Shown: positions 37,747-50,347, numbered from the whole stretch's first letter. The stretch: 60,049 nucleotides of DNA, filler included, from Sphacelaria rigidula (GCA_964200075.2; 5 parts of 5 records of this genome joined end to end with filler, not necessarily neighbours in it), one strand, 5' to 3'. Notes: a model not told the origin generated them from the letters alone. Translations and numbers: made by a program.

Positions 37747-38092
37747 TCATCCTGACGCCATCACGCCGAAGAAGTGGAACACCTCATCTCTATCCATCAC
37801 GCCTACTCGATGATCGCACTCTCGACAACAGACGGGGTGAAATAATTCCTCCTCTTCCTCCTTGTCCTGGCCATCTTTCCCCCCCCCATCCCCCGCAGCG
37901 CCAGCGGCAACGCCAGTGGCGGCAGCAGGCCGGGGGGATTGTTGATTTCGTTTTGCTCCAGACGCCCCGTTTCTGTTGCAGCAGCCACCATTTTTCCTGT
38001 TTTTTTTTTTTTTTGCGCTGGCCTGATATATCGTCCAAGCAGAGGGACACATCGTCCCTCACCACCACATTCATTGCACTCACGGCGCGAAA
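37747..38092 (-). CDS. EAPP: E2F-associated phosphoprotein, exon 3 (contains a homopolymer frameshift)
   Basis: TTCTTCAG|FRAVSAMNVVV (cf. YRAMFVMNC) and C-terminal LFHPVCCRECDHRVGVMDRDEVFHFFGVMASG* matching the EAPP C-terminal motif. The two parts are in different frames across the A15 run at 38000-38014. Confidence 0.88.
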
Positions 38093-38568
38093 CTGAAGAA
38101 AAAAATAACGAAACAAAACGAAAGCGGGAAATGGAAAGAAAAAGGTGGGAAAGTTGAATGGGCGGGATAGTTCAAAAGAGCTGAAACAGCGATGTCCAGA
38201 GACCGGTTTATTTTCCAATTGAGCTGAAACAGCGACGTCCAGAGACCGGGCTATTTATTCAACTCGATGTGAACAAAAGAGCCAAACCGTTCAGGTCGAT
38301 AAACACGGCAGATCAGGAGGATCTGAGCGTGCTTTGGCGTATGAAGTACTTTTGCTTGGCCGTGGACGGGAGGAATACCGACGATGGACAAGCTTATGGT
38401 GTGTTTGACACGAGTGAGGAAGTCTGGATGTGCGTTTGTAAAAAAGGGTGGAATTGGCAATTCATTTCAGGTGCGTGTTGGGCGTTCTTTTTACGGTGGT
38501 CGGGTACGGTTGATACGTATTGGAAGTCTTGCGAATATTGGTGATTCACGTAGGTGTAACGACGAGAT

Positions 38569-38923
38569 GACTTTACCACTCGGTAGTTGACATATATTTC
38601 TCGGAAATTTATGGTTTGTGCAGGTGCTGATGCATTTCGAATAACCCTAACCCCAACCCCAACCCAACGAAGACATACCGAGAACCCCCGGGCAAGGGGG
38701 GTGGAACGTGTTCCATTGGCCAAGCGTGCGTTGCCAGACCTGAAATCAGCGCCCCATGCGCCGATTTAGGCAAAAACACGTTCTGCGCACGCTAGGAGCA
38801 CGCCAGGAGCATAGCCCCCTCCAAAGATCCGCATTTCGGCGTTCACACTAAAATCCAATACTGTACCTATCCACAAACCGGAAATTTCCGAGAACTATCT
38901 GTCAACTACCGAGTGGTGAAGTC
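38569..38923. mobile_element. MITE with ~55-60 bp TIRs and internal telomere-like repeats
   Basis: GACTTTACCACTCGGTAGTTGACA.. / ..TGTCAACTACCGAGTGGTGAAGTC. Internal TAACCCTAACCCCAACCCCAACCC. Confidence 0.75.
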
Positions 38924-39671
38924 TACTGGTAACGGCCAGCAAGATGAGCGGAAGAGGTGTAACGGTAGAAGGCGCACGGCGCACTGACTGATTGATGATG
39001 GGTTGATTATCGTACATTGACTGGGCTCCAGGGATCCAGCCGTGGTGACGAGGTAGACATCACATCATGGCAAACGAAACGACAACACTCGCAGAAGGAC
39101 ACTCGAGAAGAAGAAAGACAGAAATAGATGGAAAATCAAATGGGGTAAGCCGAGGAAAAAACGAGGGACAAACGAAACGGAAACAGAGGCCAAATAGTAG
39201 GAAGTGAAGGGAAGGGAAAGGGGAGGAGAACAAGAACACGAACAGCCGTTTTTACTCTAGAAAAAATATGTATGAATGCAGAAAACGGAGAGAAGGGAGA
39301 ACAAGAAGAGAAAAGGAAAATAAGAAATGGAAGACTAAGACAACATGGGAAATGTGCACGGACAAATCTAGGAACATCACGAAGGCTGCAAACCAAGGGA
39401 AGAAGTCAATAGCCGATAAGATAAGACTGCACCTCGTGAAACACAACGATCTTCTCTGCACAAGGAGCAACGGTACAGTAGGGCTTGCACTTTTTGAGCG
39501 AAAACGTTTCTCGCGGCTGCTCGGGGTGTTGGACGGATCATTTTCAGGATCGGCATCATTTTCAAACGTCCTTGAGAGAGAGGTCTCCATATCAGACCAG
39601 TCACCGCGCATTTGGCAGCTGGATGGGAAATGATGCATATCACTGCGGAAGGGTGAAGCGTTTATTGCACG

Positions 39672-39702
<31 letters not shown>

Positions 39703-40758
39703 TATATCCCACCACGGCAATACTCGACGAAGTCGACACTGTGTGTTCCTAGTGCCAGTACAACGAGTACTACTGACTGTACGATGCAAACCACACCTCG
39801 GCAGGGCTAGAATATCCGCGATCCATCCGTGAAAAAAATCAAACTGCAACTCGCACTGTCCTCTTGTAGAAACAAGTGAAAACTCCCCAAAGGGCGATCA
39901 TGCGCTTGTCAGAGAACGGTGGATATCTTTACATGGGAGTATGTCACCGAAGAATACCCGGTAGATTCTGATGGAAGAAAAATACAGTAACCGCCCCTGT
40001 CATTCTCAGACCGCCGTGGTAACCGCTACGCTAAGTCTGGCACTGTGAGGGAGGAGACGTTGCCCCCTGCCCGAACAGGTCCGCAGTGGTCCTTGGCAGA
40101 AGACACTCTCCTCTTTGGCTACGCTGTGCGGCCGCGCCTTGCTCGTCACGGCGTACAAAACCCAAGGGCATCTGCCTCCAACACGTGGATAACCTTAACT
40201 GGTGGTTATTTCCCATCTTGGTGCTAGCCTCGACCGACAGGGGGCCGACGTGAACAACAAGGATGGCAAGATCTACCCCTAACTCCGCGCGGGTTTCAAA
40301 TCGTTACCCCCTGGAATTGTACAAAACTGTAGTAGTTTTCGGAATTACCGCAGCATCGTGCATAATAATCCTTTCAAGTTACGCAGCGCACAAAACACCG
40401 TGCGTCGCCGAAACTGCTGCGTCAACACCTACCTGCGGCTTCAATCCGCACATACGTCAAGTTTCAGTATAGTCAGACAACAGGCGCGCTGTGTTGGGGC
40501 ACCTAATCTCCGAAAATACCGCCTCCATATTGTTGAAAAAGAACGACACCGCGTTTGCAGCAATGCGTCAAATTTCGGACGGGGGGGAATTGCTCTGCGC
40601 AGACTACACTATATCAGCAAGGCAGGCAAAATGTGGAGATTGGTCATGACATATCAACCTAACCGTTGCCGGGAACGTTTGCATTCGGTACATATGCTGC
40701 CCAAATTACTAAGTACAACTCGCCCGGTACACGAATGCGGTTCACGTACGTATCATAC

Positions 40759-41103
40759 CTGCGTGTGATACCGCGCATGCCGTTGGCACTCCAAACAAAC
40801 GGTTGTAAAGCACAACGGACAGCTGAGCTGAGCATCGCTCACGATTCCCATGCCTGCGGCAATGCCAGCGGTCGCCTTTTTTTTATTTTTCATCTTGTTC
40901 TGCGTGTTTTCCTTCACCGGCGCCCGTCCCTCACCATGTACGCCCCCAATCCCGTCCTCCTCCTCCCCGTTTTCAAGTACCGGGTCACTATCGCTCTCCT
41001 CGGAGTCGCCCCAACTGCTTTCTACGTCACCCTGGCTTCTCCAACAGTCGGCGATTCCTTCCCTGCCGTCTCCTTGCTCCTCACACTGGGTAGCTGGTCG
41101 GTG
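40759..41103 (-). CDS. EAPP: E2F-associated phosphoprotein, exon 2
   Basis: SDAQLSCPLCFTTVCLECQRHARYHTQ matches the EAPP SDAVLxCPxCxTTLCLDCQRH motif. Donor CAG|GTATGA. The acceptor ACGCACAG was chosen by phase and is less certain. Confidence 0.88.
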
Positions 41104-41596
41104 CTGTGCGTTTTGGTCGATGTACACGTTTTTTTCGACAAGATCAACAAACTCACAGCTTAGAGGTGAATAGGAAATGGTGGATTGGGAAACTTCCACG
41201 AGCTGAATGACTTCAAGTGTGAATCGTAGGTGAGTTTCTAATGATGAGGCATGCCGCGTGCGCCCTCCGTTGATGATTGAATTGGGCAAGGCGAGATGAC
41301 GGAGAGTAACACCCCCTACTCATAGCTAATTAAGGGTCGATTTTCCCAGAAAAGCGAATTTTCGCCACAACAGAAGAGTGTTGCCGGTCATTTCCTCCCT
41401 ATGGTGTAAAATAAATCGGTGAGGCCGTTGCTTCTCGAAATACTTGGGATTTAATGGGAGACGCGCCCACAATCGTCTTGGGAAGGGGGTGTTATATCCC
41501 GTCACATCGGATCGTAGATGTTGCCAGTGCCAGGCGGCCTCTCTTGCAAAATATGGAGAACATAATGTCTATAGCACCCACACACATTTTCCTCAC

Positions 41597-41788
41597 CTGT
41601 TTCCTAACCCACTTAGCATCTGCTTCGTCGGCATCGCTAGCATATAGATCATCGTCCTCCTCAAACCTCAGAGTCTCATCGTCACTGTCCGGTCCGTACT
41701 CTGGTGCCGATGGCGCCGCTTTGGTGTTGTTGAATCCGTCGATTGGATCTGTCACGCCTTCTACTTGCACGTCCATGTGAGTTGCCAT
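41597..41788 (-). CDS. EAPP: E2F-associated phosphoprotein, exon 1
   Basis: ATG at 41788. Acidic DDDLYASDADEADAKWV resembles the EAPP LYDPxxDxxDxxWV motif. CAG|GTGAGG donor, phase 0. Confidence 0.85.
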
Positions 41789-41952
41789 ATTTTTTTCCTT
41801 CTAGTTATATCGACAATAAATCCAGTAACAGACTCCGAGAGCAACCTCTTCGCGGTGTCCCTACCGCTACCAAGCGCTTTGGTTGCACACCGGCTGTTCC
41901 CTCCGCTGGCACCTTGACCGAGCCTTCTCAGACCGGTAGTCACCACAAGAGC

Positions 41953-42470
41953 ATGAGTGCTACATGCAGTAATCGCCCGCGGAGTTTACCCCACATGTAT
42001 CCGCGGCGAGGGTGGACCGGGACGGCTGCCGGAGCTATGGTAGCGTTCGTGCCGTTTTTTGTGCCTCGAGCACGTTTCTTGCCATTGGTGCCAACCAACA
42101 GCCGTCCGCCAACAAGTCAGGTGCTGCCGTTATCTGCGCATCGACCGACCGGCTACCTTACCAGAGCAAGACGATCGACCATGGTCCGTGCATTTTACAC
42201 ACGTGATTCCAGTTGTACAAGTACTATTAAAAGAGGGAGAGTTGGTTCTATGGTGGGCTTGAACGCGCACAGGGGGGGAAAGGTGGAACCTTCGGCATCG
42301 CTATGTATGAGTGAAGCCGTTGTTGTAGAGAAACCGACTACATGCGATCGTGACAGTTCGTCAGCAGCAGAGCAAGCCCATAGCCGTAGCACGGGGTTCG
42401 GGATTACAGACGCCCAGGAGGTCCTAACGGAAGAGGCTTGGACAGAAAGGGCGGACGCTCACCGACGAAG
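41953..42470 (+). CDS. Probable first exon: transit-peptide-like N-terminus plus start of a domain resembling actinobacterial proteins annotated '3-methyladenine DNA glycosylase'
   Basis: Long open frame divergent from EAPP with an S/T/R-rich N-terminus. It ends VLTEEAWTERADAHRRR (recalled family N-terminus: VLxxxxWxxRxxAHRxR), then AAG|GCAAGC, a possible GC donor. Downstream exons were not found in the contig. Confidence 0.45.
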
Positions 42471-42860
42471 GCAAGCATGACTACTATAAGGCACATGTTT
42501 ATTTCAATCGTGTTCTGTGATATGTACAACAACACCTGTCGTATGTACTACTGTATGGAGTAGCGCAGCCTGCAAGGGTAGGTTACCTGGGTGCCTGATA
42601 TGTCAGATGTTCCGAAATCCATAATACTTTCGATTGTAGTCATAGTAAGGTATGTCATTTATAGTCAACGGAGGGTACAGTTTTAGGCGAAGTTTTCACG
42701 TTTCGGTTACGGAAAAAAAATGCGGGGTGACATAATTGCACGCCCTGGACAATAGATTACATTGTCGCAGTGTACTGCGTACAATATCGACTATTGCGTC
42801 TGTTGCACTGGACAATGGGTTCCATACTCATTTGCTCCTGCACAAATAAAAGGGGAGTAG

Positions 42861-44480
42861 ACAAAAAAGGGTACATACTGGTGCTTCCGGTACAATGAAG
42901 GGTAACGCAATTTCCCCATTGGGGCGCGGCGCTGCACGCGGGCTGAACACCTCAAAAACACGCTCCAGCGCCTCAGCCCCACGCCCACGGTGTCTGGGAG
43001 GCATGCCCGACCATTTTTCATGATTTTCACAAGTATTACTAGGCTGGACTACGGCGCCGAAAGTGAGAGCCTGTGAGAGTACCCATTCTTGTAAGCAAAG
43101 CAGGAGGGTAAGCCCTGCCCTCTGCTAAACATTCCTCTCTTACTCCTTTTTGTTCACCTGTTGACCCTTTTTTGTGAAGTGGTGAGCGTACCGCCGGCTC
43201 AGCACAGGATACGCCGAACAGTCACAACCATAGCCATTTTCGGTTAAATAGCTCCCCACCAAAAAAGGACGAAACCCAACGGCCAAAACAGTGTAGCCCC
43301 CCTGCTAACTGGCCCCATGACCCGGAAGATCCAACAATGCATACAGGACGCTTGTGTGCCGGAGCTCATAAAGATCCAACGGATATGTGTGAACATCTTG
43401 CCGACACACCATCCCGAAGGGCATCATCCGGTGACAACATCGGACCGTTACGGGATCTGCGATCTGCGACTCGGAAACAGAGATGGGCACCAACCGGATT
43501 CCGGATTGGAGGAAGAACGCCTGAATCCGACGGTATACACTGTGCAATCAGGTGCCTTCCTTCGATCGTTGCCATTGTACCCATGGTCGTTTCAGACCAG
43601 CACTACGGTATACCCAAAGCTGTAGACTGGCCTCCACAACTGACGGACCACAACTCAAGCAACACGTGCAGAAAACTTTCAAAATATCGTGAGCAGGAAT
43701 GTCGTCGCATGCCACAAGTGACGCTGTGCCGCGATGCAGCGCCGCCGCGGGCTCGTCATCCTCCCAACCTCGAGTCTTCAATAAAGAATACTCGTTTTCC
43801 ACTGTCACGGATTTCAGGACGGTATCCGAGCGCGTTTTACTCTCCCAGGGCCGCACCATGATTGCCGATGTACGAGTTACGGGCAGCAGGAGTAAGCTGT
43901 ACCGTTTCGCTGGCTGCATCACCAAGCCCGGTGAGAGAGGGGTGTCCGGGTCTCAGGTCGTCGTCCGCGCCTGTAAGCACAAGATCAAGGGAAAATAATC
44001 GAATGAATTAATCGTGAGTTGGCGGTAGGTTTCCGTTTTTGTTGTTTTCAAGCCAAAATGATGCCGATTCACCAAAAGGCCCCTGCAACATCATTTTGAC
44101 GTAAGAACAACACAAATGGACACCCGCCGCTGGCACACGATTGTGGGATAAAGGGTCCCAAAAGGTTCAAAGGATTCACACGCGAACAAGAAGGGTAAGT
44201 GATAATTTTTCAGCAGAGAACAGGGTACGCCCTTCTGGTTTGTTCACAAAAAAGGGCACTCTCACAGGCTGTCCTTTTCCGCGCCGTAGTAATTAATCCT
44301 AGTACCACGTGTGGAAATGAAGAAAAAATGGTTGAGCATGATGCCCAGACACCTTATTCGTGGGGCTGAGGCGCTGGAACGTCGTTCCGAGGTATTCCGC
44401 GCGCGTGCAGCACCGCGCCCCAATCCGAAGAAAGCGTACCCTTTTTTGTTCCAAAAGCACCAGGGCGTACCCTACTTTGT
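42861..44480. mobile_element. Element with ~270-bp TIRs (Mutator-like architecture) enclosing a decayed ORF
   Basis: 42861-43133 mirrors about 44205-44480 (e.g. CCAGCGCCTCAGCCCCACG vs CGTGGGGCTGAGGCGCTGG). The internal minus frame 43970-43305 has two stops. No clear TSD. Confidence 0.7.
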
Positions 44481-46334
44481 ATGTTGCCCAAAAAACAGTG
44501 TCGATAACATTCAGCCTTATACCGACCACAATTTGTCAGTCCTGGCCTTTGTTTGCATCTTGTTGAGCCACTAAGATGTTTTTCGTGGCTACTATCTGGT
44601 TGGTCGATTTAGTTCAGCATGAACGGGGTACGTGGTCGTTGGGACGGTGACAGCACACTATCCACCACCCGTCACGACCACTTCCATCAGCTAATTCGCC
44701 ATTCGTCATGAAAAAAAGATCGCTAACCAGTGTGCTCTAGAGCAGCCAAGAAAGACCGATGTATCTTGTTCTGGCCACTGCCCTGCAACGTAAGATGGAT
44801 CGCATGCCTACCAAGCGATGCATTACGCCTTCATCCCGTCGCCTTACCTTATTAAGCACTTTCTTTATGCTTCTCACTGTACAATCGAAGTACGGTAATG
44901 TAGAGTACTCGTTGAAGGCTCTGCAACAGAAATCAACGTGACATGGCATGCCTCAAAAACACAACCGTTACAAAGTTATCGTATGCTGTATTGTCATGGA
45001 GCTGACTGGCGGCTTCGCTTGTCCCCAGGGTGCCGAACAAATGTCCCTCCGTTTCCTGCATCACAGTCTGTTAGGGATGCGAACCGCTCACACAACATAT
45101 GGGAAGTTTTCCACAGGTATCCCGGCTCTTCCAGGGATAATCAAGCTAGCCAGTCAGAAATGAAGGATCCGTCTGGTCGGTTTCAAGAGAACCCCAGAAG
45201 GCCTTCTGATCACATCAGACACTTCCCGCGGGTGCATTGGTCACGGTCGCACTGTTATACCCGTTAATGGGGCCCGATTGTGGGCACTATATACCGGGAA
45301 AATGGACCGACCGACTACACAGTCAGTTGAATGCAGAAGAAATGAAACCTAAACGAGCCAATCAGTATCAATCACAAGTACACACGTCGCTCGAAATGAC
45401 GACGCTTATACAAAATACACAATGTACTATTACTCCAGTACATTTTACAACAAACCTGTGACTGACGTTGCTCTACATCTGTACACAGGGTTACAACAAC
45501 AGGAGGATAGAAGCTGCTGCTCGTGGTGATGTTGTGCCCCCCTTGTTGCAGTGTGTTGTTGTGCCTGTTTTTCAACGCAGTTTTCTCGGCAACGAAGCCG
45601 AGGATTGGACTGCGGTTCGATGCATGCGGTTCCCACATAGCAGAACTAGTCACTGTGGCCGCGGATTTCCGTAACGCGTGCCGCGGAGGCCGCAGTACTT
45701 TGCAAACCGCTACACCAAATACGAAATATACTAAAAAACCCTTCCCCTTCAACGTTCTGGGGCTTTTCGGATCCGCTGTGGCGAATTGAGCAACTCCGCG
45801 GCTACACTGACTAGGTCTAGTGTGTGTGCGGGGGTCTGGGAAGTGCCACAGGCCGGTTTGCTTCCTGTCTCGAGAAAAAACGCGTAGAAAAATTACAGCT
45901 GTCGCATACTAAACCCAGGTAACTTGGGATGGAGCGTGTGTTCGGTTCGGCACAGGTTCGGCACAGGTCCGACCAGTCTATGACGTCTCCAGTATTCCTC
46001 ACTATTCCTCCGCGTTTCTTTTTAATGTTTTTTGCCTATGGAGTTTTAGTCGGTAGGGACTTTATTCACGGGCACAACTGTCTGTGCATCATGATTCATT
46101 TTTGAAGTCAAACTTATGCCGTCGCAGATGACCCACCCTGGGGGTGACTGTAGGCAAAGCCGAACTAAAACAGACTGTACAACAGTAGTACAATGCAGTA
46201 CAAAAGATTTATGGTACAGTACAGTATTGTCTTGTCTATCCCCCCGCTGCGTTTAGCCTGGTCCGCGAAAACCCGGCGTGCTCCGTCCGGGCTTTGTAGG
46301 GGCGGACCCCTTTATGGGGTTGGCGTCGCTCGGC

Positions 46335-46805
46335 GATGACGCTGTCAAACACGCCACTCACTGCGTAAGCTAGGCAACCAGTTTACCGTTTTTTTTGCGG
46401 TAACCATGATGGTAGTCGAGCTAGATCATGTTGTGCGGCGTGAGAGAACATCAACTCCGCACTAAGGATGATCGTACTCCGTAGTGCTTAGATGGTGAGA
46501 CACCCATGAGGTAGAATATAAGCCGTGGCTGTCTCTGGAAGTGGCTATACCAGGAAAGGAAGCAACTCATTGTAGGCTGCCATCCAAGTGCAAGATAACC
46601 AGTAGGCATCGGGCCGAACAATCTTGGTAGGGTGCAGCTCACCCTTCATGTGACTCGCCGAGCATACCACGGCGCTTCGCGCTTGGTGATTGATAACGAA
46701 CGTGGTCCGGCGGAAACCCGACGTGTTCCGCCCCGGTTTGTAGTGATGCGAGGTCAATGGTCGTATGACTATGGCATGCATGATCATATTTACACCCCCC
46801 CCCCC
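46335..46805 (+). repeat. Poly-C-terminated dispersed repeat, family A
   Basis: Reverse complement of about 13640-14135. Ends GCATGCATGATCATATTTACA(C)n. Confidence 0.8.
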
Positions 46806-48021
46806 GACGCGCTGCGTGCCTTCCCTTTGTCCAAATGGATCACCAACGATCAGATTAAACCGAACCTCTTGAGAGCATCACCTCTTTCTGCCGCTAGCTC
46901 TAAAATTGAACTCTTTGACCTCGGCTTGGGTCATCTGGATTTTGCATTCATATTTCAAGTCGAAATCATGCCAATGCACGGCAGACGACTCGCGGTTAAG
47001 GTGGTTGTATATAGATGGACAAAGCCGAACAACAAAACACAGTATAAGACAACGCAGTAAATGCAGTCTAGTACAGTACGGTGTTGTCGTCTTTCCCTCC
47101 CCGGCTGCATTCCTTCCCATTGTTTCCACTATTAATGGCCATCACCATGAACCAGACTACAACGAAGCTTTGGAGAGCGTGACCTCGTCCTGTCCCTAGC
47201 TCTATAAAAGTGAACCCTTGGGTCTCCACGGTGGGTCATCTTGATCCTGCCTTGATATTTCAAGTCAAATAATGCCAATTCAATATATACGAACACAACA
47301 GTGAAGCTTTGTCGCAGCGCAGGGATTCTGCTAGCCTGTGACCACGGAAGGCGTCCGCATAAGATGCCCAGTACCAATGTACCGCGCAGATATCGGAACG
47401 GCTTTTAATGTGAAGACAACAACAACAACAACAACAAGGGATGATGTACAGACGGCAAGCTGCATGTGGTGATAAAGATAGACTCTACATAACTAAGAAA
47501 CACGAGAGAACAAGACAGTCACCATGCTGTTGTCTGCTCCAGTACACGCCACGCCCTCTAACGTGGCCCCCCAGAACGGCCGGGTATGCAAGCAGCAACG
47601 CTTCTCTGTTCATAATTTGACAGAGTGCATTATTCCCTCGGTACATTGGCACACCTTTTGTTACAGAAACAAAGTTACCCTGATTGAGACCCCTCCTCCC
47701 AGTTTGTCCCGCTCCCGTCCCGTCTGCGTGGTTTTATTTCATTCGCTTTTCCATCGATAGGACGGCTGAATCACACATGTTCTCGTCGGCCACGACTGTG
47801 GTTCGAGCGCAATTTATTGCGTTGTGTGCTTCAAATCGCAATGCATGTCTCGACAAACTCGCTGTCCGCGAACGTGCCGCGCTCGGCACACCAGACGGTA
47901 AAGAGTGTTTGTTTTTGCAGAATTTCAGGGAACGCTTCAAGAGAATTGAAAAACGGAGTTTGTCCAGACATGCGTGTCAACGGTGTGGAGGTGCGTGTGG
48001 CATCTGAACAGGGGGGGGAGG

Positions 48022-48121
48022 NNNNNNNNNNNNNNNNNNNNNNNNNNNNNNNNNNNNNNNNNNNNTTAATTAATTAANNNNNNNNNNNNNNNNNNNNNNN
48101 NNNNNNNNNNNNNNNNNNNNN
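48022..48121. other. Assembly linker
   Basis: N-TTAATTAATTAA-N, 100 bp. Confidence 0.98.
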
Positions 48122-48316
48122 GGTCGGAGTGGGGGGGGGGGGTGGGGGGGGTGGGGGTGGGGAGGTTGTGTGGGGGGGGGGGGGGGGGGGGAGGGGGTCT
48201 TTCCGCGGAGCAGCCGGAAAGCCCACGAAGTCACCCATGTGTGTTCGGAAGTTTCCTGCGGAAGATTCCAAGCCTGGAATGAGGTCTGTGGTGAATTTCA
48301 ATATTCCCCCCCCCCC

Positions 48317-48620
48317 TTTTTTTTGTCGCGCTTGGAACCCCTCCCCTTCCTCGGGATGAGTCCGTGGTCTCAAGGGATCAACCCATATCTCCCCCGGTAC
48401 ACGCCTTGCATGTTGGCCTTGCGGATTGGGTCAGCACTCCCGCACCGCGTCAACTCACGTCAAACAAGCTCAGTCGACTACTTCGTTTACTCACGTTCTC
48501 ACGCTTTCCATGGATATCAGACATTCACTACGAAGAAAAACCCAACGCATCGGAAATCGAACCCTCGTTCTTTCCACCCTAATGGCGACAGTTGGACCAT
48601 TACACCACCGCGGCGCGGCG
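48317..48620 (-). mobile_element. SINE family 1, full length
   Basis: Collinear with 544-831. A and B boxes and an oligo-A tail on minus. Confidence 0.85.
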
Positions 48621-49745
48621 ATCGCACTGTTTTATATATTTTCGTGTCCAGTTGGATTTTTTTCGGAGGTGATCGTCGAAACCTTGAAACCAAGCTCACC
48701 AGAAAAGTGGGCTAGACTCCTCAGTGAGGTGACGCGAAGTGTCCAACAAGACACCTAGTGGCGATACTCCGCGTCTGGGGCCCATAACCCGTGTCAACTG
48801 TACCCGAACGGAAAAATTCAACCAAAAAAATCCAAGTACCGTGAGGGACGGCCTTATGGAACAAAATCACGCCCTGGTCAGAATATTATTTTGTCAAAAT
48901 GCGTACTGCGCACAGTATAGAACCCTTTTGTCGAATGCAACAAACGCATAGTCGATCCTGTATACAGTCCCTTTTTGACCATGTATTTTATTTTTTGTCC
49001 ATGCTGTGACCAAAGTCGGTGACATTTTGGAACAAAAGTGACTCCCCATGATTTGGAGTTGTGGTTTGGGGTCGAAATTTTTTATCACAATGGCACCCCA
49101 TTTGAATGCCCGACCGAGACTGAGGAGGTGTTGAAAATCGGGCAAAGAACTAAACTATGGGACATGACATGTTCTACTGTACTGTGGCACAAACACGTTC
49201 ATGTCCTCTCTTATGTGCTGTAGCTGTCATTGTACTGTAATATTTTTAGACCTTGCCGAGACGGTTTGGTCTCTGCTATGATTGCCCGAGCTGCTGTACC
49301 GTCGTTGTGTTTTGCTCTGTACAGCATCCGGTACGCAGCCCTCCCCTGTCAAAGTTGAAAATGTTATCGTTCGTTAAATGGATGTTCACGTCTTTCATAA
49401 CGAACAAAGCACTTCGTGCCCGGGGGCATCGTCCCTGTGCTGTGGTGCGTTTAAACCCTGCGAAGATGGCTTGATTTGCGCTGGGGACATGCCTTCGCCG
49501 GAACTGCTGTGCAGTTGTGTCCCGGTAGGTACAAAAAATTGTAGTCGGCACTCTGCGTGCCGACTACACTGTTGAAAACCTCATCTTGTGTTTGCTGTCC
49601 TGTCTTCTTCTTTGCGAGCGAGGCACTTGGTGCCCACACCCATCATTCCTATGCTGTAGTTGTCGCTATACTGCGGTGCGTCTGAACCATACGAGCATGG
49701 TTTAATCTGCTCTGTAGATGGTATGAGCTGCTGTGTTCCGGTCTA

Positions 49746-50347
49746 CACGAGCTGGCCCAGCCAAGAGCTCCTGTTGACCGTTGGAATGTCACGCGCAGCT
49801 TGATTTCAGGGGCAAGAGCTGAACTTTGACACGAGTTATCGCCAAAACGCGGAACATATCCGAAGCAAAAAAAATTACGAAGGAAAACAAGAACTTGGAG
49901 CGATTTAGAATTTTAGCGAGAAATACGTAGTATCATGAGTCAGTGAAAAAACAACAAAAACCGGGGTTGCTTCAGTCAGGAATTCATTTCGTGCAGCAGG
50001 TCGTTGTAATTTTTTTGCCCACGGGATACTCTAGCTATGAAGGGTACGAGTTCGAACCCTGACATATGTTTTTTTGCGCACAACCACAACCTGGTTCGGG
50101 ATACTCTAGCTATGAAGGGTACGAGTTCGAACCCTGACATATGTTTTTTTGCGCACAACCACAACCTGGTTCCGTCGTTGAGGTAATATATCATGCAGTA
50201 CAACGTTTATTTTTTTCTTTTTGCGGCAGAGCTTGCATCACCAGATTGGTGTGCAGTTCACAGCGATATACTTTCATGGGGGCTGACTAGGGAAAGTGGA
50301 GAAGCTGTCATGTATCAGGGTATGCACGTTATACGGCCCAGCTCCTA
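49746..50347 (+). mobile_element. TIR element with B-box cassette (copy 2), cassette tandemly duplicated
   Basis: Termini CACGAGCTGGCCCAGC / GGCCCAGCTCCTA. Exact 75-bp duplication at 50022-50096 and 50097-50171 containing GAGTTCGAACC and T7. Confidence 0.65.

Noticed and set aside
39640-39700. YRA-containing frame as EAPP exon 3
   Set aside because: No splice acceptor and it arises from a TA microsatellite. The better exon starts at 38092.
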